NCBI RefSeq assembly: GCF_030144855.1
Contig: NC_082708.1
Span: forward strand, 45,136,001 to 45,200,000
Direction of reading: 5' to 3'
DNA length: 64,000 bases
From: Hypanus sabinus
Taxonomy: Eukaryota
How positions within the stretch are numbered: position 1 is the stretch's first letter; each line of letters starts with the position of its first letter. The notes beneath the pieces are model-generated. The model had not been told where the DNA came from, searched no databases, and saw only the letters and a program-made list of their open reading frames with translations. This document shows, piece by piece, positions 25,930 through 38,019 of the stretch. A program made the translations under genes and the position numbers.

Positions 25930-26430
25930 GAAAACAGAACTTGCAGCATCATTGTTTAGGCGGCATCTGTGGAAGGAGAAGCAGAGTTAATGTTTCAGGT
26001 CAAAGACCTTCATTCTGAGGTGGGAAAGAGAGAAAGCAAGTTGGTTGTGAGGGAGGAATGGAAAGTACAACAGAATATCTTTGATATAATGAGGTCAGGG
26101 TTACCCTGGTGATGATAATGTTTATAGAGCCTTGTGGTTAATTAGAAAAGACAATTAGAGAAAGAGAGAACAAACAGAGTGGTCTGTTAAAGCTGGGAAA
26201 TGTGTGTCCGAACTATTGCTGAAACGGAAGGTGAACACTCGAAATCCTCAGAGCCATTCTGCACTTCAATATTTCCAGCCTTTCCTGACATTCTCTTCAA
26301 TTTTAAATGAATTGGTTTTCTCACTCTACCAGTTCTAGTGAAGTGTACTGAACTGAAATACTGCCTCTCTCATTTCGCAGATGGTGTCTGACCTACTTGA
26401 ATATTTCTAGCATTCTCTGCATTTATCGCA
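25930..26430. mobile_element. Inverted pair of degenerate Penelope-like termini
   Basis: A minus copy (~25930-26030: GGCGGCATCTGTGG..TGTTTCAGGTCAAAGACCTTCAT) and a plus copy (~26320-26430: GATGGTGTCTGACCT.C.TGA.TATTTCTAGCATT). Confidence 0.55.
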
Positions 26431-27164
26431 TTTTCCATATTTCATATACCCATATTTTCCAATCTTTCTTATGATACAGAAATAAACTATTCTGTCAATT
26501 GAATCTATGCCAGCTCTCAGAGCAATCTCATTCTCCCACTAATTTTCCCTGTACCTATTCACACTACATTCCCATTAGCACTCCCAAAGGAATTATACTG
26601 GATTTTTGGATTTTTCCATGTTTTTACATCATCCTGCCTTCTATTTAGCTCACTGATTGCCTTCTGTTTTCCACTATGATTATTAAAGAGCTTTGGCTTT
26701 GTTTCAAAAATCAACAGCTGTCTTGAACCAACCAATCAACGTGCATAAATACAGGGCAATTTGTTAGTTCAAGAAGTTTTATTATGTAAAATGAACAGTC
26801 ATTTTTGCTTCACCCGGCATGATAATTACCGTAATTCTCTAGAATTCATAGAATGTGTTTGAGTCAGACATATAACATCTTTAGGTTTTGATTTTTCTGG
26901 CTGTAATTGGAGTGATGGTTGGAATGACACCACCAGTCACTTTCCTCCGGAAAGTCTGCACTCAGTCTTTTCTATAGTCCTAGGTGTTGTGTTTTTGTTT
27001 TGTTCAATAGTTGCAGATGACTGCAATAGCATGGAACCATTCTTACCATGGCCTCTTCATTGTTGCATTTTGCTCATCTCGAATGTGTTTTACACTAATG
27101 AGTTGCAGCCTTTCAAAAACTGAAGCACCATTGTATTCCGTTCCTTCCCAAGTATAATTAAGTG

Positions 27165-27580
27165 CTTGATGGCTCTGGACTTAGAAGAATAAAGTGGTAA
27201 ACTCATTGAAACCTATTGAATATTAAAAGACCTAGATAGAGTGGACGTGGAGAGGATGTTTCTAATTATTGTAGAGAAGACCAGAGGGTGTAGCCTCAGA
27301 ATACTAGGGTGTCCCTTTAGAACAGAGATCAGAAAGAATTTCTTTAGCCATGGGGTCACAAATCTGTGGAATTCATTGCCACAGGTGGCTATGGAGGCCA
27401 AGTAATTGTGTATACTTAAAGCAGAAGTTGACAGGTTCTTGATTAGTAAGGATGTGAAAGGTTACAGGGAAGAGGCCAGAGAATGGGATTGAGAGAGAAA
27501 ATAAATTGGCCATCATCGAATGACGGAGCAGACCTGATGGGCCAAATGGCCTACTTCTGCTCTTGTATTTATGGTCTTAT
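27165..27580 (+). mobile_element. CR1 LINE 3' end
   Basis: CTAGATAGAGTGGACGTGGAGAGGATGTTT, AATCTGTGGAATTCATTGCCACAG, and a 3' UTR ending TTATGGTCTTAT. Confidence 0.9.
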
Positions 27581-27929
27581 TAAAACATACCACGTTTTCC
27601 TTAAACACTTACAGGATAATCTGGTGACTGAGTAGGGTCAGAAGCAGCTGATGTGCAAATGGAAATCTGGTTCCATCACTGTCTGACTGCACTGAGGAGA
27701 GTCCTATCCAATTTAATACAGAGCTGTAGACAGGAGGACATTGAGCAACTAGAAAACAAAGTCCTCCAGGCTGTTGCTTAGAATATTCATCTTTAAGTAA
27801 TAGAAATTAATTACTTAGAAGGAAATAATTTGGCTCACTGGAACTCTGCTGTGGATCCATGAAGCCTGAGCTGGTCTGTTGTCAGAGGCTTGGCTGTATG
27901 TTGAAATTAAATGTGATCAGGATGTTTGA

Positions 27930-28335
27930 TTCCATCTCCCCTTAGGGAGTTGCAGACCCAAAGCTGCCCATCACCCACACACTCCTTCCACTGGATCTCC
28001 TCTCCACCTCTCTCCCTTTAATTCATACCCCACTGTCACCTCCAACACAATTCCATCATTTTTAGCCCTAAGTCAAGCATTTACCACCTCCCTGCTTCTG
28101 ATATTATTCCTGCCCTCGTTTGCTTATTACCCCTCCTCTCCTGGATCCACCTATTGCTTGCCAAGCCTTGCTCCACCTCATCCCACCCCCTACCCTTTTA
28201 TATTGGTTATCTTTCCTCTCTTTTCCATCCAGATAAAGTATCTCAACTCAAAACATTGCCTGCCCATTTCCCTCCACAGAGGATGCTTTACTTATGGCGT
28301 TCCTCCAGCACTTGTTGAGTTGTTCCCTATTCCAG
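27930..28335 (+). mobile_element. Penelope-like element 3' UTR/terminus (degenerate)
   Basis: Pyrimidine-rich UTR followed by the terminal motif ..CCACAGA.GATGC..GTTCCTCCAGCA..TTCCAGCACCTGCAGTC. Confidence 0.65.
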
Positions 28336-28649
28336 CACCTGCAGTCTCTTGTGTCTCTCCTTTGAAGGACTCCTCCGCTTTCTGGACGACAAACATCCTG
28401 TCCGTGGGAAGAATTGGTGGTTCTAATATCAAGTGTTAATCACATGTGCAGGACCTAGCAGTCACTAGAGGATGGAGCCCACCCTCTCTCCACAAACTGG
28501 ACCAGTTAAAGTAGCCATTAACTAGCTGCAGGTTGGTTGACGATTGATCTATAGAGTGCTGGTTGGAGTAAGCCTTTCTCCATGCCTTGTGCCAGTGTTA
28601 GTAAGTGTAGTTCTGTAGATCCAGACATTATACTTTTTGAGGCACACGA

Positions 28650-28760
28650 GTGAATCTGCAGTTGCTGGAAATAAATAAAAACACAAAATGCTGGCAGAAC
28701 TCAGCAGGCCAGACAGCATCTATGGGAGGAGGTAGTGACGACATTTCGGGCTGAAATCCT
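28650..28760 (-). mobile_element. Penelope-like terminal segment
   Basis: TCTGCAGTTGCTGGAAAT..CACAAAATGCTGGCAGAACTCAGCAGGCCAGACAGCATCTATGG..TTTCGGGCTGAAA. Confidence 0.8.
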
Positions 28761-29129
28761 GGGTACTTTTTGACTTTGGGTTTTGGCAACACAGTGCTGC
28801 TCCCAAATCAAGGTCCTCTAGTGATCACTTCCCTTCCACAGAATGGGAATTTGGCCAGTGTACCCAGAGCAGGAAGGATAAGTGTTTAATTGGCAGTGTT
28901 TCGACAACAATTCTAGATGTGCTTTGAACAGGACCAATGCAGTCAGATGCTTCATCTCAATAAGAAGGTCCTAACAGAGACGTGCAACAGGATGCAGCCA
29001 CAATCAAAACTGTCCAGAATCCAGATCTGCAGCTGGTAGCAACACAAAGACTATTGGATTTTTCCAGACTGCAGCAAGGACTATTGGAAACAATTTGCAT
29101 CCATGGTTAAATTTTGGTTATTATAGATG

Positions 29130-29535
29130 AATTGAATTGATTTGACTTTATTACTTGCATCCTTCACATACGTGAGGAGTAAAAATCTTTACGTCTCTGT
29201 CCAAATGTGCAATGTGCAATTTATAGTCATTTATAATAAACAGTATGTACAACAGGACAGACTATATAACATCGAAATACAGTTGTGTCAGTATGAATGA
29301 CACAGTCTGACGGCCAGGTGGAAGAATTTGTCCTGGAGCCTGTTGGTCCCAGCTTTTATGCTGCAGTATTGTTTCCCAGATGGTAGCAGCTGGAATAGTG
29401 TGTTTGGGGAGATAGGGGTCCCTTTTTACACACCTGTCTTTGTAAATGTCCTGAACATCTACAGATGTTCTGGGCTGTCCCCACCACTCTCTGCATAGTC
29501 CTGTGATTGAGGGAAGTGCAATGATGCGGCCTGTC
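29130..29535 (-). mobile_element. Rex1/Babar-type LINE 3' end
   Basis: Close homologue of 3800-4250 (CATCCTTCACATAC.TGAGGAGTAAAAATC; HCTSLNHRTMQRVV). Confidence 0.85.
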
Positions 29536-29954
29536 AGATGTTTCATACACCTAAACACTGGAATTCATCTCCTTCAATTCAGGGAGCATTAGGCAGTGTG
29601 AAGTCTCACCAGCTTCCCAGCAAACGGTGCAGAGTGCCATTGAAGGTATCACAGGGGAGTAGCACAAACTCAAAGGCCTTCAGTCCTGGTTGTACCAACT
29701 ATCCCACAGCTTTACACTTTTTCCAGAAGCTGTCAAAATGCTTTGATTTTACATCAGTTTTTGCTGTCTTCCATATTTTGCCCACCAAGCAATTTGATCA
29801 CTGGAAATAGGTTCACTTTCTTTCAAACGTGGAACTTGAATGCAGAGCAATTGTGTATATAATCCGAGATGCAAAGTGACCTGCAATCTCAGTGAGCTAA
29901 CAAGATCACTCTGCACTTGTTCTGTGATACATACTATGATCGTGTGTGTGTGTC

Positions 29955-30107
29955 NNNNNNNNNNNNNNNNNNNNNNNNNNNNNNNNNNNNNNNNNNNNNN
30001 NNNNNNNNNNNNNNNNNNNNNNNNNNNNNNNNNNNNNNNNNNNNNNNNNNNNNNNNNNNNNNNNNNNNNNNNNNNNNNNNNNNNNNNNNNNNNNNNNNNN
30101 NNNNNNN
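29955..30107. other. Assembly gap (153 N) next to a (GT)n run
   Basis: Run of N. Confidence 0.99.
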
Positions 30108-30919
30108 TATGGAGGAGAAACTGTATTTGTGAGGCTGTACCACTGCCTGCAGCTGCAGTTTGCACATTCCCAGCTCTGCCGCATCGACCATTCTCTTCCC
30201 TCCACTGACAAAGCCTGGTCCACTGAGTTGCTCCAGCAGTTTGTTTTTCACTCCCTCATTCTGGGTTCATGTCTGTTCCCACTTTCCCAGCTCCAGTCCT
30301 GAACATCTGTTGCAGCACTGTGACAGAATACAAGCCAACTTCATCAACCTTCCAAACCACACTGACGCACCCAACTGGACAAAATTCTTCTGGCGCCTCT
30401 CCTGAAGGCCTCTTCCTGTCACTGTGCTGCCGTTTGCCAGGTGGAAGCTGATTCTGTTCGCTGGAACGCACTGGCACTGCCTTTGAGCAGCTTCGGGTTG
30501 GGGAAGCCCAGCTTCAGCTTCAGACTGTACCCTCACAGCATGAGCACTGGCGATTTGGCCTGTTGCCTAGCAGCATCCCACTCTCAAGTGGCAAAAGTCA
30601 GAGCCCCCACTACAGCACTCTGAAGTGTGGGGCTTTCTGCCTGTACTGACGTTTTGGGCATCAGCCACTCAATGGCTTTCTTTCCAAGACATGAAATGAC
30701 TACCACTTCTTGCTGAAAAGCTCCAAGCTCTGAAGGAGCTCACGGGCATGGTTTCGCCATATGTAAACTCCCCCTTGTTACCTTCAACAGCTTTTAGCAA
30801 AACCTGTAATGGGTCATTGTTTTTTTCCAGTTATCTCCAAATTGTGCAACCTCACACTCGAGAGAGTGAACCCCCACACCATCCTTCCCCTGCCCAGCCT
30901 CCAGCCCACCTGTACACCT

Positions 30920-31770
30920 CAATAAGCGGGGAGCCCGATCCGGAGCCGCCTGTGTCAGATTGAATGACAGCGTGGCGTCTTTCCGTTGGGTATTTTTAAT
31001 CAGAAAGTCACAAGGGTAGGGTCAGGGTAAGGGGAGGCAGATGTAACAGCTGCATACTTACTCCATCTGCAGCTTGTAAATCAGAAGAGATTGTGGGATG
31101 TCAGGGATGTGGAATATGAGATAGGGGATTACATGTGAGCATACCATCAACTTTGGTGGTCCCAGTCCTGCCACGGCCACTGCTGTCACACCCGGAAGTG
31201 TAAAGTGTGAATATCGCACGTGCGCCTCGCTCCGTTGGCGCTGGTGGCTTCAGTTCCACCTCGAGAAAATTGCATAATAGTGACCATCATGCAACGTGTC
31301 TGGGTAATGAACTTACCGTGGTTGGATAGTCCGGGATGAGCGCAAGCTCTGGAATTTGATTGTAAGGCTTGGAGTCACGGCAAGTACAAAATGACATCTC
31401 CCAGTCCTTGTAACAAGAGATTTTAGGAAGTGGATAAAAGGGGTCCAAGCAATTAGCTGAAGACGTATGACTTTTCCCAGTTCAGTCAGCAGCCTCAGCA
31501 ATGTGCATAAACTCTACGTCCTTGGACCTTGAGGTGTGGCATTGTCTGCAACTGTTTGCTTTCTCCCACTCCTATTGTAAGCTGTGCTGGCATCTCATTG
31601 AGAAACCGTTCCCCATCTCAGCTACCTCGGCCAGCATTGCGCCTCTGGAAATGTGGCCGTCCAGCCTCATCTGAATAGCAAAGGGGCAGCACGAATTCCA
31701 CGTGTGGCCTGCGCCAGTGGAATGGCGCTTTAATCATGCCACCACCCAATTTAACCCACGATATTCTTGA
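30920..31770. promoter_or_regulatory. CpG-enriched promoter-like region
   Basis: CpG clusters in a CpG-poor background; ETS motif CCCGGAAGTG (31191-31200); palindrome CGCACGTGCG (31215-31224); CACGTG (31699-31704); no recognisable TE. Confidence 0.5.
31317..31397 (-). CDS. Candidate first coding exon of an unidentified gene (MSFCTCRDSKPYNQIPELALIPDYPTT)
   Basis: GGGAGATG start with an upstream in-frame TGA, 27 open codons and a consensus phase-0 donor ACG|GTAAGT, inside the CpG-rich region. Peptide not recognised. Confidence 0.35.
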
Positions 31771-32699
31771 CCAAGCAGATAATGTACTTTGCATGCAATC
31801 AAAGAATAATTGATCCCAATCATTGAAAACTATTGAAATACTATTCAAATGCCGGATTTTAAGTTAATCTATGGTTAACAAACAGGTTGTTTCATGGGCT
31901 TATTTCAAAATACAGCTAGATGAAAGGGAAGCATTTCTTTTCTTGTTTTATTTTTCAAGGGGGTGATAACCGTCTTCCTTTTATTTTATAACAGTCTTGG
32001 CTCGACCTATACTGTACAGCATTTAGCAGTTTCTTGGTTTGATTAATAACTGTTCATTTTGGAAAGGATTTATAAATCTTGGCTGCATCTGCTTTGGGTT
32101 ATTTTGAAGATGGGGTCTATTTAACTTTCGTCACAACAATTTTTCTGCTCATCATGCATTGGCTGGAACTCTGTCATGCATTGGTTGGAGGTTTGAAGGT
32201 ACTCCATTCTACATGGAAAATATATACTAGCTCAGGACTGGGTACAAAGTGAATCATATCATGGAAGTGGTCATGCCGTGTTTTTGCACTCAGAACTCAT
32301 ATTACACAAGAAATATGTTATAATAGTGTGGTTTGAGAAGGGCTCAAAATTAAGCATTGAACATCTCTTCTGTAATTTGCTTCTTGTATTCTTTGTTTCT
32401 TGTCTGATTAATCAGTAATTTACAAGAAAATTACTATTTGTCAACTTGTGTGATGCATTTAACAAAGAGATTTGGGGCCAACTAACAAGATCAAGCTTCC
32501 AGCAAGTTACATTCTATGTGAAAGTTTTGGATTTAAAAGATTGATCCAACTTTTGGTCATGGAACAAGAGTTGTTCAAAATAACCTGCAATCTCAATGAG
32601 CCAACAAGGTCATTTTCCCATCCCAGACCACTCTGGACTTGTTTGGCAATATTTACTGTATGGGTGTTTAAAGTAATGTACAAAACCACTTATACCCTT

Positions 32700-33015
32700 G
32701 ACAATGCCCTCCTACAACTGATCCTGAGGTCTGTATTTCTCTGTTATGACCTTGTACTATGCCATTTTCCTTTTCCCCTGAATTGGCAAGGCCCTTAATT
32801 CTGGAACTCTCTCTCTCTCTAGGCATTACTGTCTCTCTACTCCTTGTTCCTCCCTTAAGTAGCAGCTTAAAAAGTTATCACTTTGGCCAAACCCAGGTCC
32901 CTGTTGTGATACGTCCCATTCTCAGTCAGTGTCAGATTTTATTTCATGACCATTCTATAAGCTCCTTCAGGATGTTTTACTGTGTTGAAGGTACTGCATA
33001 AATGTAAATTGTTGT
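32700..33015 (+). mobile_element. Ancient L2-like LINE 3' end
   Basis: CTGGAACTCTCTC (WNSL), and the tail GGATGTTTTACT..GTT.AAGGT.CT..ATAAATG.AA.TTGTTG; homologous to 35690-36040. Confidence 0.55.
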
Positions 33016-33229
33016 CATCCAGAGTTATATGCTTAATTTGTCTGTCTGGTTTTGATAATAATGTTGTAAATCAGGGTTTATCATAGAAGCCACATGGCTT
33101 AAATTATTGAAAATAACGATTAGCTAATTTCAAGCACAGTTGACCAGTTCAGTTTGGCCATTTCAAACTCATGAAACTCACCACCATGAAAACTTGTTAG
33201 TTCAATGTACAAAAATCCCAGCCCTTCAT

Positions 33230-33805
33230 GAGAAAGATACCAGATGAGACCCTCTGTTGGTGGGGGTCAACCAGGGTGTTGTGGCCCAGCTGTCTATATG
33301 ATACACAAGCCAGGACTGTACGATGTGGAGAGCAGGTTGGGACCCGTGCAGCAGGCTTCCCCTCTCCTCACAGCTGATGAATCCATAGGAATGGCAGAGA
33401 CCGATACAGTTTGACACCAGTGGTATTGCAGGAGTTGCCTGTTAATGTTGAACTCAATGTTAGCCTGGCTTAGGGACTTGAACCCCAGGTTTTTTCCTCA
33501 GGGTTTACTCCCATAGCCTTACCCATGACTGGGACTTGCCGCAAGGTTTTCCTTCTCCTAGGTGAGTTGCCGACCGTGGCTGATGAGTCCCATCTGCCAA
33601 GATGCCAGTACCCACCTTTGTCTCTTCTCCTGTCAGTACAAATAGTTCCACCAAGCTTAGTACCTAAGCCAAATGTGAAGGCCAGGAGCTGGACTTGGTT
33701 GTCAGAGGATATTTGATATGCACACCAACGGGAGCATTTAATAGGTAGTGGGAGCTTACCCCACTACCCCACCCACCAGCTATGGCAATCTAACAGAACC
33801 AGATA
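33230..33805 (-). mobile_element. RTE-clade-like 5' region / derived non-autonomous element
   Basis: Minus strand GATGGGACTCATCAGCC..GGCAAC..CTAGGAGAAGGAAAAC resembles RTE/BovB 5' regions as I recall them; GC-richer than its flanks. Not verified. Confidence 0.35.
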
Positions 33806-34399
33806 GTCATAAAAACTTAACTAACTTGTTAATATTCAGATATGTGACCCTGCAATGCCATCTCTTTTCCCAAAGTTACAAACTTATTTCTGGTGCATCC
33901 TCCTACTCCACATCCCATCCGAAACATTGTGTCCATTTCCACATTTGCACTAATGACAATCTGTTCCATCTTCTCTCTGCCTTCTCTTGTCTCTATCACA
34001 TCAGGCTGCTGGGTGAGCATGAAACTCCAACAATCAAGGATAGGGAAAGCCAATTCTATTACCTTTGATTCAGGTTCTGAGATCCCAGTGTACATTCCTC
34101 CTCCCTGCTATGCTTGCTCTTAATAAAGACAAATAGCATGGCTAAAAATGCTAGTACCTACTTATTTACAGCAAATGGCTTCAGCTCAACCTGAGCACAT
34201 GCAATTAACTCCCCCACATCACTTCTGGTTCTGGGTGAACCACCCACATTGCACACTGGGAAGTGAAGTTCTTTATTACTTACAGAGATAATAACACACT
34301 CCCAAATGCAAAAAGGCGCAACGGAAAGTTCATAAGCTTGGTTTTATATTTGACCCTCAGGCGACTTCCCAAAGAAATTGCTCCATCAATGATGCCACA

Positions 34400-35560
34400 T
34401 ATTTTCAACATCAGAATCAGAAACAGGTTTAATATCATGAGATGCGTAGTTTTGAGGCAGTACATTGCAATATATAATTTAAAAAACTATAAATTACAAT
34501 AAGAAATATACATGGAAACATAGAAAACCGACTGCACGATATTGTCCCTACCTTAGAATTAAGGCTTTACCCATAGCCCTCTATTTTTCTAAGCTCCATG
34601 TTGCCATCCAGGAAACTCTTAAAAGACCCTATCATATTCACCTCCATCACCGCCGCAAGCAGCCCATTCCACACGCTCACCACTCTCTGCGTAAAAAACT
34701 TACCCCTGACATCTCCTCTGTACCTACTCCCAAGCACCTTAAAACTGTGCCCTCTCATACCAGCCACTTCGGCCCTGGGGTAATGACTATCCACACGATC
34801 AATGCCTCTCGTCACCTTGTACACCTCTATCAGGTCACCCCTCATCCTCCGTCACTCCAAGGAGAAAAGGCCAAGCTTACTCAATCTATTTTCATAAGGC
34901 ATGCTCCCCAATCCAGGCAATATAAAAACTCAAACTTAATAAGTGGTGCAAAAAGAGAGCAAAAGAAGAGGAAAAATAGTGAGGTAGTGTACATGGGTTC
35001 ATTGTCCATTCAGGGATCTGATGGTAGAGGGGAAGAAGCTGTTCCTGAAACATCTTCAGGCTCCTGTACCTGCTCCTTGTTGATAGCAATTGAGGAGGAC
35101 ATGTCCTTTAATGATGGATGCCGCTTTTTTGGGCATAACCTTTCGTAAACGTCCTGAGCTGGAAGGCTAGTGCCTATGATGTAGCTGGCAAAGTTTACAA
35201 CCTTCTGCAGCTTTTTCCAATCCAGTGTAGAGGCTCCTCCATATTAGACAGTGATGCAACCAGTTCGAATGCTCTCCACAGAACATCTGTTGAAATTTGT
35301 GAGAGTCTTTGGTGACAGACCAAGTCTCCTCAAACTCCTAATGAAATATAGCTGCTGTTGTGCCTTCTTTAGAATTGAATCAATATGTCCGGCCCAGCAT
35401 AGATCTTCGGAGATGTTGACTTGAAACTGCTCTCTCTTTCCCTGCTAACCCCTCAAAAGGACTGGTGTGTGCTCCCTTGATTTCCCTTCCTGAATTCCAC
35501 AATCAATTCCTTAGACTTACTGACATTGAGTGCAAGATTGTTGTTGCAACACCACTCACT
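34400..35560 (-). mobile_element. Rex1/Babar-type LINE 3' portion interrupted by a CR1 insertion
   Basis: (AATCAG)n tail at ~34410; RT-derived sequence from 34921 to 35560 (GTGATGCAACCAGTT.GAATGCTCTCCAC). Confidence 0.8.
34516..34920 (-). mobile_element. CR1 LINE 3' end (nested)
   Basis: RGDLIEVYKVTRGIDRVD..RGHSFKV..FFTQRVVSVWNGL; AAACATAG tail. Confidence 0.92.
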
Positions 35561-35689
35561 AAATCCTTTATATTACACAATGCATCTAATGTTCTGGATT
35601 AGCTGTTGTATGCGATTATTCCAATCCATTCCCAGCAAAAATACTGGGAATGCTATCTTCCTGTATTCATACAATCAACCAATATTCTT

Positions 35690-36040
35690 CTGTCAAAGCA
35701 AGTAATAGATAATCATTTTTAAAATTACAAACCTGCTTGCATTACAATACTGCCCATGACCTTATCAGTCTCCCAGTTGCCAAAACCTCCGAAATATCTA
35801 AATTCTTCCAATTCTGGCCTCTTGCAAATTACTGATTTAAATCTTTATGCTGTGCCTTCAATTACAAGGGCATTAAGCTCTGAAATTCTCTCCCTAAGCT
35901 GTTCTGCCTCATTGAACTTTCCCTCCATTAAGGATCTCATTAGAAATTACTTACTTTTGTGACACATTTAGTCATTTTGCTTTTGTAATATACTTTGGAA
36001 CATCTTATTATGGTCCAATTGGTATGGTGATACAAGATGT
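35690..36040 (+). mobile_element. Ancient L2-like LINE 3' end
   Basis: TCCAATTCTGGCCTCTTG..TGCCTTCA..TAAGCTCTG.AATTC.CTCCCTAA. Confidence 0.55.
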
Positions 36041-36314
36041 TCTCAATCAATGTCAATATACTTCACATGAAGGGAACACACTGGCAAGCTGTTCCACAAG
36101 GCACAACTGTTTATGTTAAAACAGGAGCTTCGAATTCACCAGTATTTTAAAAAAAAACTTCGGCCTGCTAATTGAAAACTGTTAGTTATTACTAAACTCC
36201 ATTCTTATAGAATAAACACGATTGAAAGTCATGTAAGTTAATATTGGTGAATTCTCTGGACACTAATGGGTAACAAATTCTGAAAACACCCAGCGTTTCT
36301 TGAAACAATCACTT

Positions 36315-37146
36315 TGTTTTGCTTTTCACAGAAGCTGCCTGCTGGCTGAGCGTTTCCAGCATTTTCAGATTTCCAGCATCTACTGTTTTTGAATTCCTCT
36401 CTTATTTGAATGTGCATGTTTCAGCAAACGCAGTACATTTCTCCACTTCCAGTTACATCCCAGAATTAAGCTTTCTCACTGTATCGGTACAGGTGGCAAT
36501 ATTCCTGTTCCAGTATCAAAGCAGAAATTTTTTGGAAAGCAGAAATTCTGTGCTCTACCTTTCCATCCTATCAGATTCCATAACCTTCAGCCTTTAGTCA
36601 ACTCCACTGTCTTAACTTCTTCTCTTCCTTCCTCCGTTTGTTTATTACCCCTCCTGATCTAGATCAACTTACCGCTTGCTTCAACCCTTCCCTTCACCTT
36701 TTTATAACCTGTTATCTCCTCTCCACCTTTCCTTTCAGATGAGGAATCGCAATTCAAATTCAAATGCTCATTCCTCTCCCCACCCTCACAGTTGCTACGT
36801 GACCCACTGAGTTCCTCTGGCAGAAGATGCCAGATCGAGCAGCATCAGCGAGTGGAATGAAGCTGTTGATGGTTCGGGTCGAAGCGATGCATCAATGGAA
36901 CAGTATACAGAAGAAGAGGGGAGAGGCAAGATAGGACTATGAGGTGATTGGTGGGTAGAGGAGAGGTATAAAATACTGATAGGTAGTGCCAGGCATGCTG
37001 CTCGCCCTGCTTCTCCACTCTCAGTCTTGATGCAGGGTTTAGAACCGGAATATCAGCAGTTTCTTTCCTGCCACAAGTGTTGCTCGACATGTGGAGTTCC
37101 TGTGGTAGAGTATGTGTTGCTCCAGATTCCAGCATCTGCAGTCTCT
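36315..37146. mobile_element. Cluster of Penelope-like fragments in mixed orientation
   Basis: Plus termini at ~36315-36385, ~36490-36825 and ~36990-37146; a minus terminus at ~36825-36965. Confidence 0.65.
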
Positions 37147-37394
37147 TTCATCTCCCATAGCATCTTGGTTGGTGCTCCAGAATATGTCTGGCTCTAGGGA
37201 TATAGCACAACTGACTGATCCTCCCGAAATCTCCCACAGCACATAAAAGAGTTCAGTCACATAAGGAATCAGTGCTATTGTCATCAGAAGCAAGGTGTGG
37301 ATGTTGCTTCTTGACAAAAGGTAACATCTATCCAAATTGATGTAACTTCCTCCATCTTTACACACTCCATCCATCTCTATCTTTAACCCACTGT

Positions 37395-37812
37395 TATAGA
37401 AAAGATTAAGTGAGCTAGGCATTTTCTCTTTTGAGTGAAGGAGGATGAGAGGTGACTTGATAGAGTTGTACAAGATTGAGTGAATAGCCAGAATCTTTTT
37501 CGTTAATAGGAGGTGGCATAATCTTAACGTAATTGGAGGAAAGTATAAGGGGATGTCAGGGGTAATTTTTTTTTGCTCAGAGAGCAGTGGGTGCATGGAA
37601 AGTGCTGCCATGGGCAATGGTACACACAGCCAGGTATATTATAGTCATTTAAAGAGTGTCTTAGATAGGCACATGAGGATAGAACTTTGGACAGCTATGT
37701 CAGAGGGAAGAGTTAGATTAATCTCAGAGTAGGTTAAAAGATTGGTACAACATTGTGGGCTAAAGGGCCTATACCGTGCTTTATTGTTGTACGTTGTGTG
37801 CTTTATGTTCTA
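37395..37812 (+). mobile_element. CR1 LINE 3' end
   Basis: AGGATGAGAGGTGACTTGATAGAG (RMRGDLIE); 3' UTR ACAACATTGTGGGC.AAAGGGCCT..TATGTTCTAT. Confidence 0.88.
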
Positions 37813-38019
37813 TCATATCTCACAATTGACAAGCGGCTTCCAGCTGTTCACATTGAACTTGGTAATTGCCAAATTGTTCTGCCTCTCCTCCTCCAATAAA
37901 ACACTCCATTATCTAATCGATCTAGAAAGATGAAAAGACTAAGTTTATACCCATTCAGTTCAGGAGAGTTTAAAAGAGTGAGTGGTAACTCATATTAAGG
38001 TGTTCATTTGAGAAACTGG

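Noticed and set aside
30256-30623. GC-richer ORFs upstream of the CpG island
   Set aside because: No recognisable protein similarity or convincing splice signals; many ORF-track starts are TTG/GTG, which are not meaningful here.
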